Positions 37,525 to 47,170 of a stretch of DNA of 64,000 nt are shown here, one piece after another. Each line of letters begins with the position of its first letter. Positions within the stretch are counted from its first letter, which is position 1. The notes beneath the pieces are model-generated. The model did not search any database. It was given only the letters and a program-made list of their open reading frames with translations, and had not been told where the DNA came from. Position numbers and translations under genes: made by a program. The stretch is from a virus. Where the stretch lies: IMG/VR virus record IMGVR_UViG_3300045988_159685. One strand, given 5' to 3'.

Positions 37525-38049
37525 TTATATAATGTTAATTTGACAACTTTTTGCTACCGTTAAAGCCGCCTGCTTCGCTTCGGGTGTTGTGCCTGCTGTA
37601 GCATTTTCGATTATATTAATCTTCATTTCGGGAAACCGTGTTTTTAGAATTAAGGCATTTGTAATCACGCAGATATCAGTGCAAAGTCCAACCAAATCGA
37701 CTTCGTCGTAGTTATCCTCAACTAACTTAGTGGCAATATTAAATGTACCAAATGTCGGCTTATTAATAACATCACATGGTATATTGCTTTCAATAGAAGC
37801 GACAGCTATATCATCATGTATTTTCCAACCATTGGTGCCTCTTATACAATGTTCGATAGGTAAATTTTTGCCCTCCTGTGTATCAAGATAATCTTTGCTA
37901 TGGGTGTCTCGTGTAAAAAATATCGCCGCATAGTCGGAACTTTGTATAAGCTTTGCAACATTTGGAACAATAGCTTGGGCTTCCCTAGTTCCCAAACTGC
38001 CATTAATAAAATCATTCTGCATATCAATAACTATTAATGCTTTTTTCAT
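37525..38049 (-). CDS. pncA: Nicotinamidase / isochorismatase-family hydrolase
   Basis: ALIVIDMQNDF, TRDTH, LVGLCTDICV (catalytic Cys). Confidence 0.78.
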   Translation of the reverse strand: MKKALIVIDMQNDFINGSLGTREAQAIVPNVAKLIQSSDYAAIFFTRDTHSKDYLDTQEGKNLPIEHCIRGTNGWKIHDDIAVASIESNIPCDVINKPTFGTFNIATKLVEDNYDEVDLVGLCTDICVITNALILKTRFPEMKINIIENATAGTTPEAKQAALTVAKSCQINII

Positions 38050-38186
38050 ATGTAAACCTCTTTTCTCATTCACTTCATATAATATAAAATAAGTCCATCT
38101 AGGTGCTTACAAGGGTTTTCTTCTTGCCTTTAGCGGTACATTCGATCTTATATAGTTTTATCATTTTTTTATTTCTCCTAAAAAAA

Positions 38187-38747
38187 TCAAGCATTGTTAT
38201 CTGCTAAATAGCCTTCCACATCAAAATGAACACCGTCGCCATTACAAATCAAATACTCACTAAACCTAGGATCTATGTCATAATTATTCAATGTAGTTCT
38301 GTCACACTTTTTAAAATATGTTCCTTCCACATCAAACTCTGAATTGGCTCTATCTGTATAACCATATGTATCAAATCCAATACATAATACACTTATATCA
38401 TTGGTATACCAATTACCTCGATATAAAAGTAAATCGTTTACAACACATAAGCAATGCTCGTTAGTAACTCCATAAGGAGCTCCCGATTTTCCAATAATAA
38501 CGTCACCAATTTTAAATGGAAATTTATCGCCATCATCGCAGTCACAGGACTCAAATATATCGACCCATCTATCAGCCAAATAACCATAACAAGTGCCAAA
38601 TACATCATAACAAAACTGTTCTTTCAATCTTTTATATTTCAAAACATCGTCAAAATCTATTATATATTTACGATGCTCAAAATGATCAATATGCTGGTCG
38701 TAGAACTCGCAAAGCAAATCTTTATGTCTTCTAAGTTTCATCCACAT
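38187..38747 (-). CDS. Member of the small RRxKDLxCE paralogue family (longest, N-terminally truncated motif)
   Basis: MWMKLRRHKDLLCEFYDQ.. Confidence 0.55.
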   Translation of the reverse strand: MWMKLRRHKDLLCEFYDQHIDHFEHRKYIIDFDDVLKYKRLKEQFCYDVFGTCYGYLADRWVDIFESCDCDDGDKFPFKIGDVIIGKSGAPYGVTNEHCLCVVNDLLLYRGNWYTNDISVLCIGFDTYGYTDRANSEFDVEGTYFKKCDRTTLNNYDIDPRFSEYLICNGDGVHFDVEGYLADNNA

Positions 38748-39066
38748 TGTCAATACCTCTTAACTTACTCGGTTCTTCAAACAAATCTTTATGCCATCTT
38801 TTATCTGTAATCAAGCGTTTTGAACATTGGTTTTCTGCGGAAAGCTTCCAATAACCAGAAAACGTACTATCATGTATTTTCACAATTTTACCACATAAAA
38901 TATCCATGTCTCCACCTAAAATGCCATAGTCATTCAGATTACGTATATAATCATCTGTATTTCCGTATTCATAGTCATCGTCATATATGTCTGAGTCAAA
39001 ACTATATTCACAACATAAATCCTTAAATCTCCTAATGCGAACTTTGTCACCACTATTTAATATCAT
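38731..39066 (-). CDS. GDKVRIRRxKDLxCE family paralogue
   Basis: MILNSGDKVRIRRFKDLCCEYSF.. Confidence 0.6.
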   Translation of the reverse strand: MILNSGDKVRIRRFKDLCCEYSFDSDIYDDDYEYGNTDDYIRNLNDYGILGGDMDILCGKIVKIHDSTFSGYWKLSAENQCSKRLITDKRWHKDLFEEPSKLRGIDNVDET

Positions 39067-39074
39067 GATATCAC

Positions 39075-40661
39075 CTACTCATTCTCTGTAAGATATTCAG
39101 ATTTATTAATATTTGAACTCCAAATAACTATTTCTTGATTTTCAGCAGTGTTGCCTGTTAATGAATTTGTAGAGGTTAGCCATTCCCCATTAAATAGGCT
39201 TTTCACGCCAGCTCCAATCTTAATCAAAGACAGGTTTGATCCATACCTGTTGCAAGCATTGCGGAAGTTCATATAATCAGGAAAATTAAGATAATGCTCG
39301 CCGCTTATTACAAGACCTGACTCTTTTTTAACTGGCGTATCTGAAATATCTATACCAACTTCAGAAAGTATCGAATTGAAACTTGCATTTACCGATTCAT
39401 CTGTATAAATATTGCATGCAGGATACATTCTTGACTGAACATATTCTGTATGATCCTTATTTATCATAAATAACTGCCTAAATATTTTATCGTTCTTATA
39501 GTAATCATTGTCAGAACAATTTTTATCAAGCCCATATGTAATAACGGTTACATCATCATTTGCATATGATAAACATCCAGCGTGCCAACCACCACGATTT
39601 TTAAAACTGTGACACGATGACCAACTGTTGCCATGTGACATTGTAACAAAATCACATATATTTAGTGATACTACAAATTTAACCTGTAGAGGCCTTAAAG
39701 CCATGGCATCAAAACATTTTGCCGAGGCTTTGTTATACTCCGTCCTATCGGCTAATTTGAATTTTTTCATAATTGCATTTATATTTCTACTAGCCTTTGC
39801 ATTGACATTCATATCATCGTCATTTAAGCCGATTCTATTTAAGTATTCTTTTATATTTCTATATGAGGATTCAACAAAACGAATACAATTGTCAACCGAT
39901 TTGTAACTATACGAACTTGAAACTATAGCTGCTATGTAATCATATACTGACAAGGTTTGACGTGAAAATACAGGTGATTCCGCAGACATTGTTTGGAATA
40001 ATTCGCGAGCCGCAAACGCAACTACGTTATTATCTACATTACGATTGATTGGCAAGTCAATGGCAATACATTTTTCTTTATCATTCCACTGCGGATGTTC
40101 TCTAAACAATGCAATTAAATCCTTTTTGGCTTCATACCAAGTTTTAAATTCGTTATAAATGTATTTATCTTTTGCCTGAGGATAATAGGTCTTTATTAAT
40201 TTGTAGAAACAATCATAATTATACTTAAGATTGGAGTCCATCCAATCGGCGTTTTCTTCAATTGGTTCTTCAACAAATTTATAAGCTTTAAATGAGAGAC
40301 TGCCATCAGAATAAATATACGGACGCCTTTTAAGTACACCGTCCTGATAATATGAAAAAGTCTTTCTGCCAGATCCATATACAACAACTTTTTTATTTGT
40401 TCTACTAAGAATAACTGCGTCACCTGGAAGAAGTAACCTTGTATGCTGACCAGTAATGAAAACATATTTGTCCCCTAATATCTCATGCCCAAATACTTCT
40501 GCATCATACCATCGTCGAGCTACTATTTGTTTAGTTGCATCAATGATAAGTGGTTTTTTAAAGTTTCCAATAAGTTTTGATTCACCAACTGTTACATATT
40601 CATCATTTTCATTTTTTTCAATATCATAGCCATAAACACGTCCACAAAGTCTTATATACAT
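39075..40661 (-). CDS. Large Cys/His-motif protein (paralogue of 43249-45135)
   Basis: Blocks shared with the paralogue: LFREHPQWNDKEKCI / LRKHPNWDEKNLCI, SLNICDFVTMSHGNSWSSCHSF..GGWHAGCLSY / SVNPCDFLKMSYGEGWDSCHHVGHHGCYHAGTQSY, and FPDYMNF / YPDYNYE. Confidence 0.6.
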   Translation of the reverse strand: MYIRLCGRVYGYDIEKNENDEYVTVGESKLIGNFKKPLIIDATKQIVARRWYDAEVFGHEILGDKYVFITGQHTRLLLPGDAVILSRTNKKVVVYGSGRKTFSYYQDGVLKRRPYIYSDGSLSFKAYKFVEEPIEENADWMDSNLKYNYDCFYKLIKTYYPQAKDKYIYNEFKTWYEAKKDLIALFREHPQWNDKEKCIAIDLPINRNVDNNVVAFAARELFQTMSAESPVFSRQTLSVYDYIAAIVSSSYSYKSVDNCIRFVESSYRNIKEYLNRIGLNDDDMNVNAKASRNINAIMKKFKLADRTEYNKASAKCFDAMALRPLQVKFVVSLNICDFVTMSHGNSWSSCHSFKNRGGWHAGCLSYANDDVTVITYGLDKNCSDNDYYKNDKIFRQLFMINKDHTEYVQSRMYPACNIYTDESVNASFNSILSEVGIDISDTPVKKESGLVISGEHYLNFPDYMNFRNACNRYGSNLSLIKIGAGVKSLFNGEWLTSTNSLTGNTAENQEIVIWSSNINKSEYLTENE

Positions 40662-40716
40662 TTTTTATACTTCCTTTCGGTATTATTTACCGCATAGCAT
40701 ATACGGCATTGGCGGA

Positions 40717-41082
40717 TTAAACCGCCCTGCTCGCCTTGATTTTATCATTGGCAATTTTAAATATTTTGAGGTAATATTCCAACCTTGCTTTTTTAATTTC
40801 ATTATCGCCACACCATCGCATCTGCTTTTCAAGCTCAATTATTAATTGAGGTATCGTGTAATTATCTTTTATAGTATTACAGTCGTGGCAGCATACAACT
40901 AAATTACTGACCTCGTCTTTACCACCTTTTGATACAGGTATGATATGGTCAAGCGTTTTATCTGATTTGATATACTTCCCACAATAAAAGCAGAAATCAG
41001 AATCTACCTCTTTGCGTACTTGTTCTGTGTAGTTTCGCATATAATAAAAAAAAAGAGGGCGACTAACGCCGCCCTCGTACAT
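40717..41082 (-). CDS. HNH endonuclease-domain protein
   Basis: CFYCGKYIKSDKTLDHIIPVSKGGKDEVSNLVVCCHDCNTIKDN. Confidence 0.8.
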   Translation of the reverse strand: MYEGGVSRPLFFYYMRNYTEQVRKEVDSDFCFYCGKYIKSDKTLDHIIPVSKGGKDEVSNLVVCCHDCNTIKDNYTIPQLIIELEKQMRWCGDNEIKKARLEYYLKIFKIANDKIKASRAV

Positions 41083-41086
41083 GTTG

Positions 41087-41803
41087 TTATCTAATGCCTC
41101 TGCTGTCGATTTCATGATTGATGAATTTCTGCAAATCATCATATGTCATAGCGGCAATAGTATCATCGAGACCATACTCATCGTCACATGTTGACACTGG
41201 GTAAATCTTGTTTGCCTCGCAGATCATCTGATCAACATTGCAATAATCGTCGCCATACTTTGTAGGATTGTCAACCGCAGTTCTATAAACCTCTACAATA
41301 TCATAGTCGCTATTTGACACATGCTCCAGGGTGTCATTGTCAAACTTGGAAAGCCATGTAAAGCTGTTATTAGCTGTATGATATCTAACAATATCGCCGA
41401 ACTCTGCGCCCTTAAATACTGTAGACCTCTTGCCGTTTCTATGAACAAGCATATCACCTGTTTTAAGGGAGTCGATTGTTATATCGTCGCCGTTAGCCTC
41501 GGCTGTAGCTCTGTCGTAAACAACTGTGCCGTACTCCAGCATCTTAAGTGGATTAAAAACAAGGTCGCCAATCTTATTGCTTGCAACGCCTATAGCACGA
41601 TAAACCTTAACAATTGTCAGTCCATCTGCTCTCTTGTTTGTCATATCTGAATTGTAGTTTACGCCGAGTCTTGAGAATGAATTAAACTCAGTATGGAAGC
41701 GAAGCACATCTTCTCTAGCTGTGCCCTTCATAACTGTTGCCATCTTACCGTTTGCACATATAACGAGGTCGCCTGTCTTAAGATTAGAAATTGTAAATGT
41801 CAT
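41087..41803 (-). CDS. Protein with an internal tandem duplication (two ~95-aa repeats)
   Basis: FTISNLKTGDLVICANGKMATVMKGTAREDVLRFHTEFNSF.. versus ITIDSLKTGDMLVHRNGKRSTVFKGAEFGDIVRYHTANNSF.. ATG at 41803 follows AAAGGAG. Confidence 0.6.
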   Translation of the reverse strand: MTFTISNLKTGDLVICANGKMATVMKGTAREDVLRFHTEFNSFSRLGVNYNSDMTNKRADGLTIVKVYRAIGVASNKIGDLVFNPLKMLEYGTVVYDRATAEANGDDITIDSLKTGDMLVHRNGKRSTVFKGAEFGDIVRYHTANNSFTWLSKFDNDTLEHVSNSDYDIVEVYRTAVDNPTKYGDDYCNVDQMICEANKIYPVSTCDDEYGLDDTIAAMTYDDLQKFINHEIDSRGIR

Positions 41804-41927
41804 AAAAATATCTCCTTTTAAATGTTTTAATATTAGTGTCATTTGAATTGATATGTAGCGCTTTTTATTCTGGTGGACTACGACCATGAATAATCATGTT
41901 TATCACCCCCTCCGTTCGTCGTTAGAC

Positions 41928-43247
41928 TTATTTACATATCGCAACAGAAATTTCACTTTCTGGTTTGAAAGTTTCACAATCTGTCTCGTCGTTTGCTTCT
42001 CCCGGATACATTGCGTCGAGGAGTATCATCATAAAATCATCACTAAGATTTGTGCAATATGTCATATCATAAATTGACAAATTCATTATATAGTCATTTA
42101 TTTTTTCTATATTTTCATAAAACGCCCAAGGCATTTCCATTGAATCCTCTTCGCGATAACTTATTAGATCGCCTTTATCATCAACCAGTTTATACTGTTC
42201 TTGTAAAGGATAATATAGAGCTGTATCTTCATCAAGGCCATATATTGTGCCGTCTTTATCAATCACATATTCATCCAGTGATTCAGTTGGCTTACTATCT
42301 GGCTCATTAAAGTTCTTTAAATAAACCTTGCTGTTTGGCACGCAAAGTTTCTTGTGAAAAATGCTACTATAAAGATCTAAGCCTAGCTGCGGTTCTTCGT
42401 CATAGAAATCGCTGACTGAATTTTTTGCTTTGCCGCCGCCATAATAATCCTCAATTTTAAACTGTCCATCTTTGTCATCGCTTTTTTGTTTTTTAATGTC
42501 ATTACTGGCACTATAAAAATCATAGCCGTAATATCGCCCATAAAGGCCTGAATAATCATACTTGATTTTAACCTTTTCAATGTATTCATATCTTGGCGTT
42601 TCAGTATTGATGAGCACCATTGCACGCTTGATATTATTCTCAACATCTTCAAGGTTAATATATTCGTGCTGGGTATGAGGTGAATAGTACCCACTCGACA
42701 GATTAACGGCTGCAACCTTTAAATGCGGCGCAACGTGGCTTATATCACTACAACTACCCCATGCACTTTTGAAACCAACATCTGGATTTGTAATAAATTT
42801 TTCAAATTCATCATTATCACAATCGTAAAACACGGCGTCGTTTCCACTTTTTCTGTCAAACTCGATAATATAATTGAGTTTTTCTGGTACATATGAGGAT
42901 TTGCAAAATTTTCTGGCTCCAACGCAACCAATTTCTTCATCCTCGGTGAAGATTACTGAGCAATGAACGTCTTTGACAATTTGTAATATCATATAGATAC
43001 CACAACGGTCATCACCTCCGATACCCTGTGGTGACATTATATACTTGCCGTCTTCGGAAACGCACACAATCGTACAGTTATCATGATGTACGGTATCCAT
43101 ATGTGCCATTAGTAATACTGGATGCGTACCCTCTGCATATATGTAGCCGTCTTCATTTACAGGCGAATAACCTAAATTTTGAAGTTCTACAAAAAGCCTT
43201 TCTTTAAGCTTATCCTGTGGTAGTTTGCAAATCTCAATAATATTCAT
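41928..43247 (-). CDS. M20/M28-type metallopeptidase-like protein with ~200-aa C-terminal extension
   Basis: LLMAHMDTVHH, GGDDRCGIYMIL, FTEDEEIGCVGA (metal ligand pattern H/D..D..EE). Confidence 0.55.
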   Translation of the reverse strand: MNIIEICKLPQDKLKERLFVELQNLGYSPVNEDGYIYAEGTHPVLLMAHMDTVHHDNCTIVCVSEDGKYIMSPQGIGGDDRCGIYMILQIVKDVHCSVIFTEDEEIGCVGARKFCKSSYVPEKLNYIIEFDRKSGNDAVFYDCDNDEFEKFITNPDVGFKSAWGSCSDISHVAPHLKVAAVNLSSGYYSPHTQHEYINLEDVENNIKRAMVLINTETPRYEYIEKVKIKYDYSGLYGRYYGYDFYSASNDIKKQKSDDKDGQFKIEDYYGGGKAKNSVSDFYDEEPQLGLDLYSSIFHKKLCVPNSKVYLKNFNEPDSKPTESLDEYVIDKDGTIYGLDEDTALYYPLQEQYKLVDDKGDLISYREEDSMEMPWAFYENIEKINDYIMNLSIYDMTYCTNLSDDFMMILLDAMYPGEANDETDCETFKPESEISVAICK

Positions 43248-43248
43248 A

Positions 43249-45135
43249 TTAGTCCACCTCTTTTATTCCATCAATATCAACTATACATACATACTTGTCG
43301 TCAACATTAAGTGCACATAACGTATGTTCAGCACCATCGTACATCCACTTAAAAGTTTTTATTATTGTTCCAAAAATATTAAGATCATAGTAGCATTCAC
43401 AAGCTTTTCTATCAAAAAGCTGTAATGTTGGAAACATCTCTTTTGCACTAAGAAAACGTATAAAAATTAAACCCTTTTTTGAAACAAAAACTTTTTTGCC
43501 AGCAATAAGTTTCTTTTCACGGCAATCTTTACACAATCCGTCAACTAACGAATTGTTACCATAAAACGCTTGATGACAACAATTACATTTATGAACACGA
43601 TGCGGGGCATATAAAACATCATGTTCTTCGTCGTAACCCGCATAATTATCTACTTCTCTTACATAAAAATACTCATTGGTAATATCGTCAATAAAAAATG
43701 CCTCCTGTGTGCTCCAATCTTCCCCCTCATCACAATCGTCGCATATCATATTTCCTGAATTGCAAAGTTCATCGCCGCATTTCAAACACCAAGAACTATG
43801 CCCAATTGTAATATCATCGCCATCCCATATACTATCAAAAGCGTACAGATTAGTATTGTATTGCTCATAATTATAGTCTGGATAATGCAATGAGTTTTCC
43901 GCCGCGCAGATATGACTATGATCCACTTTTCTATACTCGTTTTTTATACCAAGACAATTGGATATTGCTTGCGAAACAAAATATGTATAAGTTGCGTCGC
44001 GCTGAGGTAACTTATAATTTGGATAGTTACGAGATTGCAATAGAAGCCCGTTCTGAAAACAATAAATCTGTCTTGTCAGCTTGTTGTTTTCCCATGGCTC
44101 GCCTACATATTGGTTTGACAAAGTATAAAAAATCATGCTCGAAGAATCCATTATATAAGACTGCGTTCCTGCATGATAACAACCGTGGTGCCCTACATGG
44201 TGACATGAATCCCATCCCTCACCATATGACATTTTTAGGAAGTCGCATGGATTTACTGAGAGTATTGCCACCTGCGTGTTTTTTAATGGGTTTACGGCAT
44301 CGGCAATCACCGCAAAATCGTGATTGTAGTTTGGGTATTTATCAAGTCCCATATCTACAAAAATCTTGTTAAGTTCACGAGAATACTTGGCCCCAACGGT
44401 CATATGTACGCCAACCGCCTCATACCTTTCTTTTATCTCCTTAGTAACAAACTGCTGTGGTTGGGTACACTGCACACCATCCCACATTATGTCTAATTGT
44501 TTGTCTGTCAGATACATACCGTTTTCACGGCAATTATGGTAAAATTCTTTACAAGCTTTAAGAAAGTCGTTACCGTCCTTTACACGAGTTTCTTCTACCT
44601 CACCTTTAATGCAAAGATTTTTTTCATCCCAATTAGGATGTTTCCTCAATATAGAAAGCAGTTCTGCTTTGTTTGTAAAGAATTCATTAACGATATCGAC
44701 AATAACGTCTTTATTATACTCGTAGCTTGCATCGTCAAGAATACTGCACATATTATTTACAATATCCATGCGTTCACAAGAACCCTGTGGTTCTTTTTCA
44801 TGAGGCTTCATTGGAGCAAAAAACGTAAGCTCATCAGCTTCAGGTGAAATATAATGATATAAAGCCGATTCACCATTATTTTTTTCATATGTAAATGTTG
44901 CCGTAGAATCAATAACGTGTTTGGCTATTTTACATACCTTAACTTTTCTGCCGTTCTTACGCAGAACGATAGTGTCACCAATCTCAAAGAGGTTTTCACT
45001 AAGTTCACTGCGGTTATAGATTTCTCCCGACATCATATAAACTTCGTCGCCTGCTATCTTCCTTATTCTGCCGATATACTCTCCACAACGAACAAGCTCA
45101 AATCTTCTTAATGTTTTAAATTTTTCTTCCGTCAT
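43249..45135 (-). CDS. Large Cys/His-motif protein (paralogue of 39075-40661) with extra CxxC-rich C-terminal region
   Basis: See 39075-40661. The C-terminal part adds CLKCGDELCNSGNMICDDCDEG and CNCCHQ..CKDC. Confidence 0.6.
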   Translation of the reverse strand: MTEEKFKTLRRFELVRCGEYIGRIRKIAGDEVYMMSGEIYNRSELSENLFEIGDTIVLRKNGRKVKVCKIAKHVIDSTATFTYEKNNGESALYHYISPEADELTFFAPMKPHEKEPQGSCERMDIVNNMCSILDDASYEYNKDVIVDIVNEFFTNKAELLSILRKHPNWDEKNLCIKGEVEETRVKDGNDFLKACKEFYHNCRENGMYLTDKQLDIMWDGVQCTQPQQFVTKEIKERYEAVGVHMTVGAKYSRELNKIFVDMGLDKYPNYNHDFAVIADAVNPLKNTQVAILSVNPCDFLKMSYGEGWDSCHHVGHHGCYHAGTQSYIMDSSSMIFYTLSNQYVGEPWENNKLTRQIYCFQNGLLLQSRNYPNYKLPQRDATYTYFVSQAISNCLGIKNEYRKVDHSHICAAENSLHYPDYNYEQYNTNLYAFDSIWDGDDITIGHSSWCLKCGDELCNSGNMICDDCDEGEDWSTQEAFFIDDITNEYFYVREVDNYAGYDEEHDVLYAPHRVHKCNCCHQAFYGNNSLVDGLCKDCREKKLIAGKKVFVSKKGLIFIRFLSAKEMFPTLQLFDRKACECYYDLNIFGTIIKTFKWMYDGAEHTLCALNVDDKYVCIVDIDGIKEVD

Positions 45136-45153
45136 TTTAAGACACTCCTTTTT

Positions 45154-45384
45154 TTATTTACCCATTAGAGGCATTACAAATTTAATAAATGTTATAGGAT
45201 TAACATTTTGTCTTTCACATTCAGATATGATATCTTCCATGTGCGTTGTTTTTGGTCTACATTTCGCTATTCGTTTCATAATGTAACGAAAAAGCAAATA
45301 GGTATGCGGGCTATTAATTTCCTTTATTTTTTCAAGCAAATCCAGGTATCGCTTAAAAAAGAAAACACTTTTTTCCAACCTCAT
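45154..45384 (-). CDS. Hypothetical protein
   Basis: Tiling ORF. Confidence 0.45.
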   Translation of the reverse strand: MRLEKSVFFFKRYLDLLEKIKEINSPHTYLLFRYIMKRIAKCRPKTTHMEDIISECERQNVNPITFIKFVMPLMGK

Positions 45385-45402
45385 ATATTCACCTCCTAAA
45401 AA

Positions 45403-45663
45403 TTAAAGCGCTCTGCCGTCAAGGGATTCAAGCATGTATAAATCAAAGACATAGTCATAATTAATGCCGAGTAAGTATCCATCATAACCATCAAAATCGT
45501 CTTCAAAAGCATCTATCGTGGTTTCTTCGCCACAAAAATTATACATGTAACCAGCAAATGTATGTCCTACCTCAATTGCCCCATTTTTATCGTGTGGTTC
45601 TACAAACTCACACAATAAATCTTTGCACCGCCTAATCCGAACCCTATCTCCAATTTTAGTCAT
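45403..45663 (-). CDS. GDKVRIRRxKDLxCE family paralogue
   Basis: MTKIGDRVRIRRCKDLLCEF...YMLESLDGRAL. Confidence 0.6.
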   Translation of the reverse strand: MTKIGDRVRIRRCKDLLCEFVEPHDKNGAIEVGHTFAGYMYNFCGEETTIDAFEDDFDGYDGYLLGINYDYVFDLYMLESLDGRAL

Positions 45664-45678
45664 ATCATCATCTCCTAT

Positions 45679-45975
45679 TTAATTTTCAGCAATAAGGCTA
45701 CCGTCAAGGCGTTCTAACATATATGCGTTAAAATTGAAACTGCACGCTTCATCTATACGAAAAATGTCATAACTTCCATCTATCAGAAACAGATTAATTA
45801 TTTTGTGTTCCTCTCCACAGTATTTGCACATGGCGTCAACAAAAGAACTATCCTTCTCAATTAAGATACCCCAATTACCAAACATTTCAACGCCGTCATA
45901 CATTTCGATGTCTATATATTCACAGGCTAAATCTTTTAGTCGTCTAACCCTGATTTTGTCTCCAACTTGCAACAT
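45679..45975 (-). CDS. GDKVRIRRxKDLxCE family paralogue
   Basis: MLQVGDKIRVRRLKDLACEY...YMLERLDGSLIAEN. Confidence 0.6.
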   Translation of the reverse strand: MLQVGDKIRVRRLKDLACEYIDIEMYDGVEMFGNWGILIEKDSSFVDAMCKYCGEEHKIINLFLIDGSYDIFRIDEACSFNFNAYMLERLDGSLIAEN

Positions 45976-45990
45976 ATCACCGCCTCCTAT

Positions 45991-46290
45991 TTAATTTTCA
46001 GCAATAAGACTGCCATCGAGATGTTCTAACATATACGCGTTCAAATTGAAAGGACATTTATACGCAGAAAAAACGGCACAACCTCTATATGGAGAATGGC
46101 GCGAATTTATTACGAGCTCCTGCCCACAAAAGACACACATGCTATCAATAAAAAAGCTTCCTTTGTCAATCAGAGCTATACATTCGCTACCAGTTCCGGA
46201 TCCGATTAGTTTATACCTTTCAATATTCATGTGTTCACAGGCTAAATCTTTTAGTCTTCTAACTCGAACTTTGTCACCCACCTGTATCAA
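45991..46290 (-). CDS. GDKVRIRRxKDLxCE family paralogue
   Basis: (TTG)IQVGDKVRVRRLKDLACEH...YMLEHLDGSLIAEN. TTG lies 8 nt after GGAGGTGG. Confidence 0.6.
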   Translation of the reverse strand: MIQVGDKVRVRRLKDLACEHMNIERYKLIGSGTGSECIALIDKGSFFIDSMCVFCGQELVINSRHSPYRGCAVFSAYKCPFNLNAYMLEHLDGSLIAEN

Positions 46291-46322
46291 AACAGTACCA
46301 CCTCCTATCAAATAAATAATTG

Positions 46323-46805
46323 TTAAAGATTAAAGTTAAACTTAATCATTTTATCATTAAACCAATTACATAATTTTATATATTTAGTTATGTCATAAAG
46401 CATAATCTGATTATATTCACAATTATAATGGTCAATAAAATCAGGAATATATCTTAGCCTAAAATCATCTGGGGTAATTTGATATAAGCCTCTGCCATAA
46501 AAATCATTGCCCTTTATCTTATACCCACAAAGCATACTTATAAAAGAGTAAGTATCTTCATTATTAATCCATACGACCTTTTCTGTTGAAAGCCTATCTT
46601 TTATAGTGTGAAGTGCAAGTGTTTTATGCCAAGTCAAAACGGCTCCTACATTAACTGTATTATCTGTTATTGTAGGAGTGAATATAAGGAATTCTCTACA
46701 AGCGGGGTTTGTTTTATATTCTTCTTGTATAGCTCTTTCACGATTGGTATATGTAGTTCCGTTTGTAATTGTATAGGCATGGGTTTCTTTTAGCATATAA
46801 TACAA
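46323..46805 (-). CDS. Hypothetical protein
   Basis: Tiling ORF inside the paralogue array. Confidence 0.5.
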   Translation of the reverse strand: MYYMLKETHAYTITNGTTYTNRERAIQEEYKTNPACREFLIFTPTITDNTVNVGAVLTWHKTLALHTIKDRLSTEKVVWINNEDTYSFISMLCGYKIKGNDFYGRGLYQITPDDFRLRYIPDFIDHYNCEYNQIMLYDITKYIKLCNWFNDKMIKFNFNL

Positions 46806-46826
46806 CCTCCCTTATAGTTTTATCAT

Positions 46827-47150
46827 CTACACCCATAATTGATTATCCAACTCTTCCAAATCTTCTTCAGTATATTCTCTAACGTTTTTTCCACATCTTT
46901 CAAACATATATTCTGCAAAGGCAAAAGGCAATTCTCGACCACAATTAGTTTCAAGCCTATAAATATTATGATTGCAGAAGTAAAAATCCTTTATAAAGAA
47001 TTCTTTTCCGCAATATGGAATCATGCTTTTGATGAAATGAATATATCCGAAAATCAATGCGTTACCACAATACTGTGGAGACGGAGTTTCAAACTCGCAC
47101 CGCATATCCTTAAGAGATCTTATTCGCACTTTGTCGCCTATCTGATACAT
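46827..47150 (-). CDS. GDKVRIRRxKDLxCE family paralogue
   Basis: MYQIGDKVRIRSLKDMRCEF...EYMFERCG.. Confidence 0.6.
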   Translation of the reverse strand: MYQIGDKVRIRSLKDMRCEFETPSPQYCGNALIFGYIHFIKSMIPYCGKEFFIKDFYFCNHNIYRLETNCGRELPFAFAEYMFERCGKNVREYTEEDLEELDNQLWV

Positions 47151-47170
47151 TAAAAATCACCTCTTTTCAA
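47126..47170. repeat. 45-bp perfect direct repeat, copy 1 (RBS + first codons of paralogue)
   Basis: gcactttgtcgcctatctgatacattaaaaatcacctcttttcaa, identical to 47396-47440. Confidence 0.9.
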
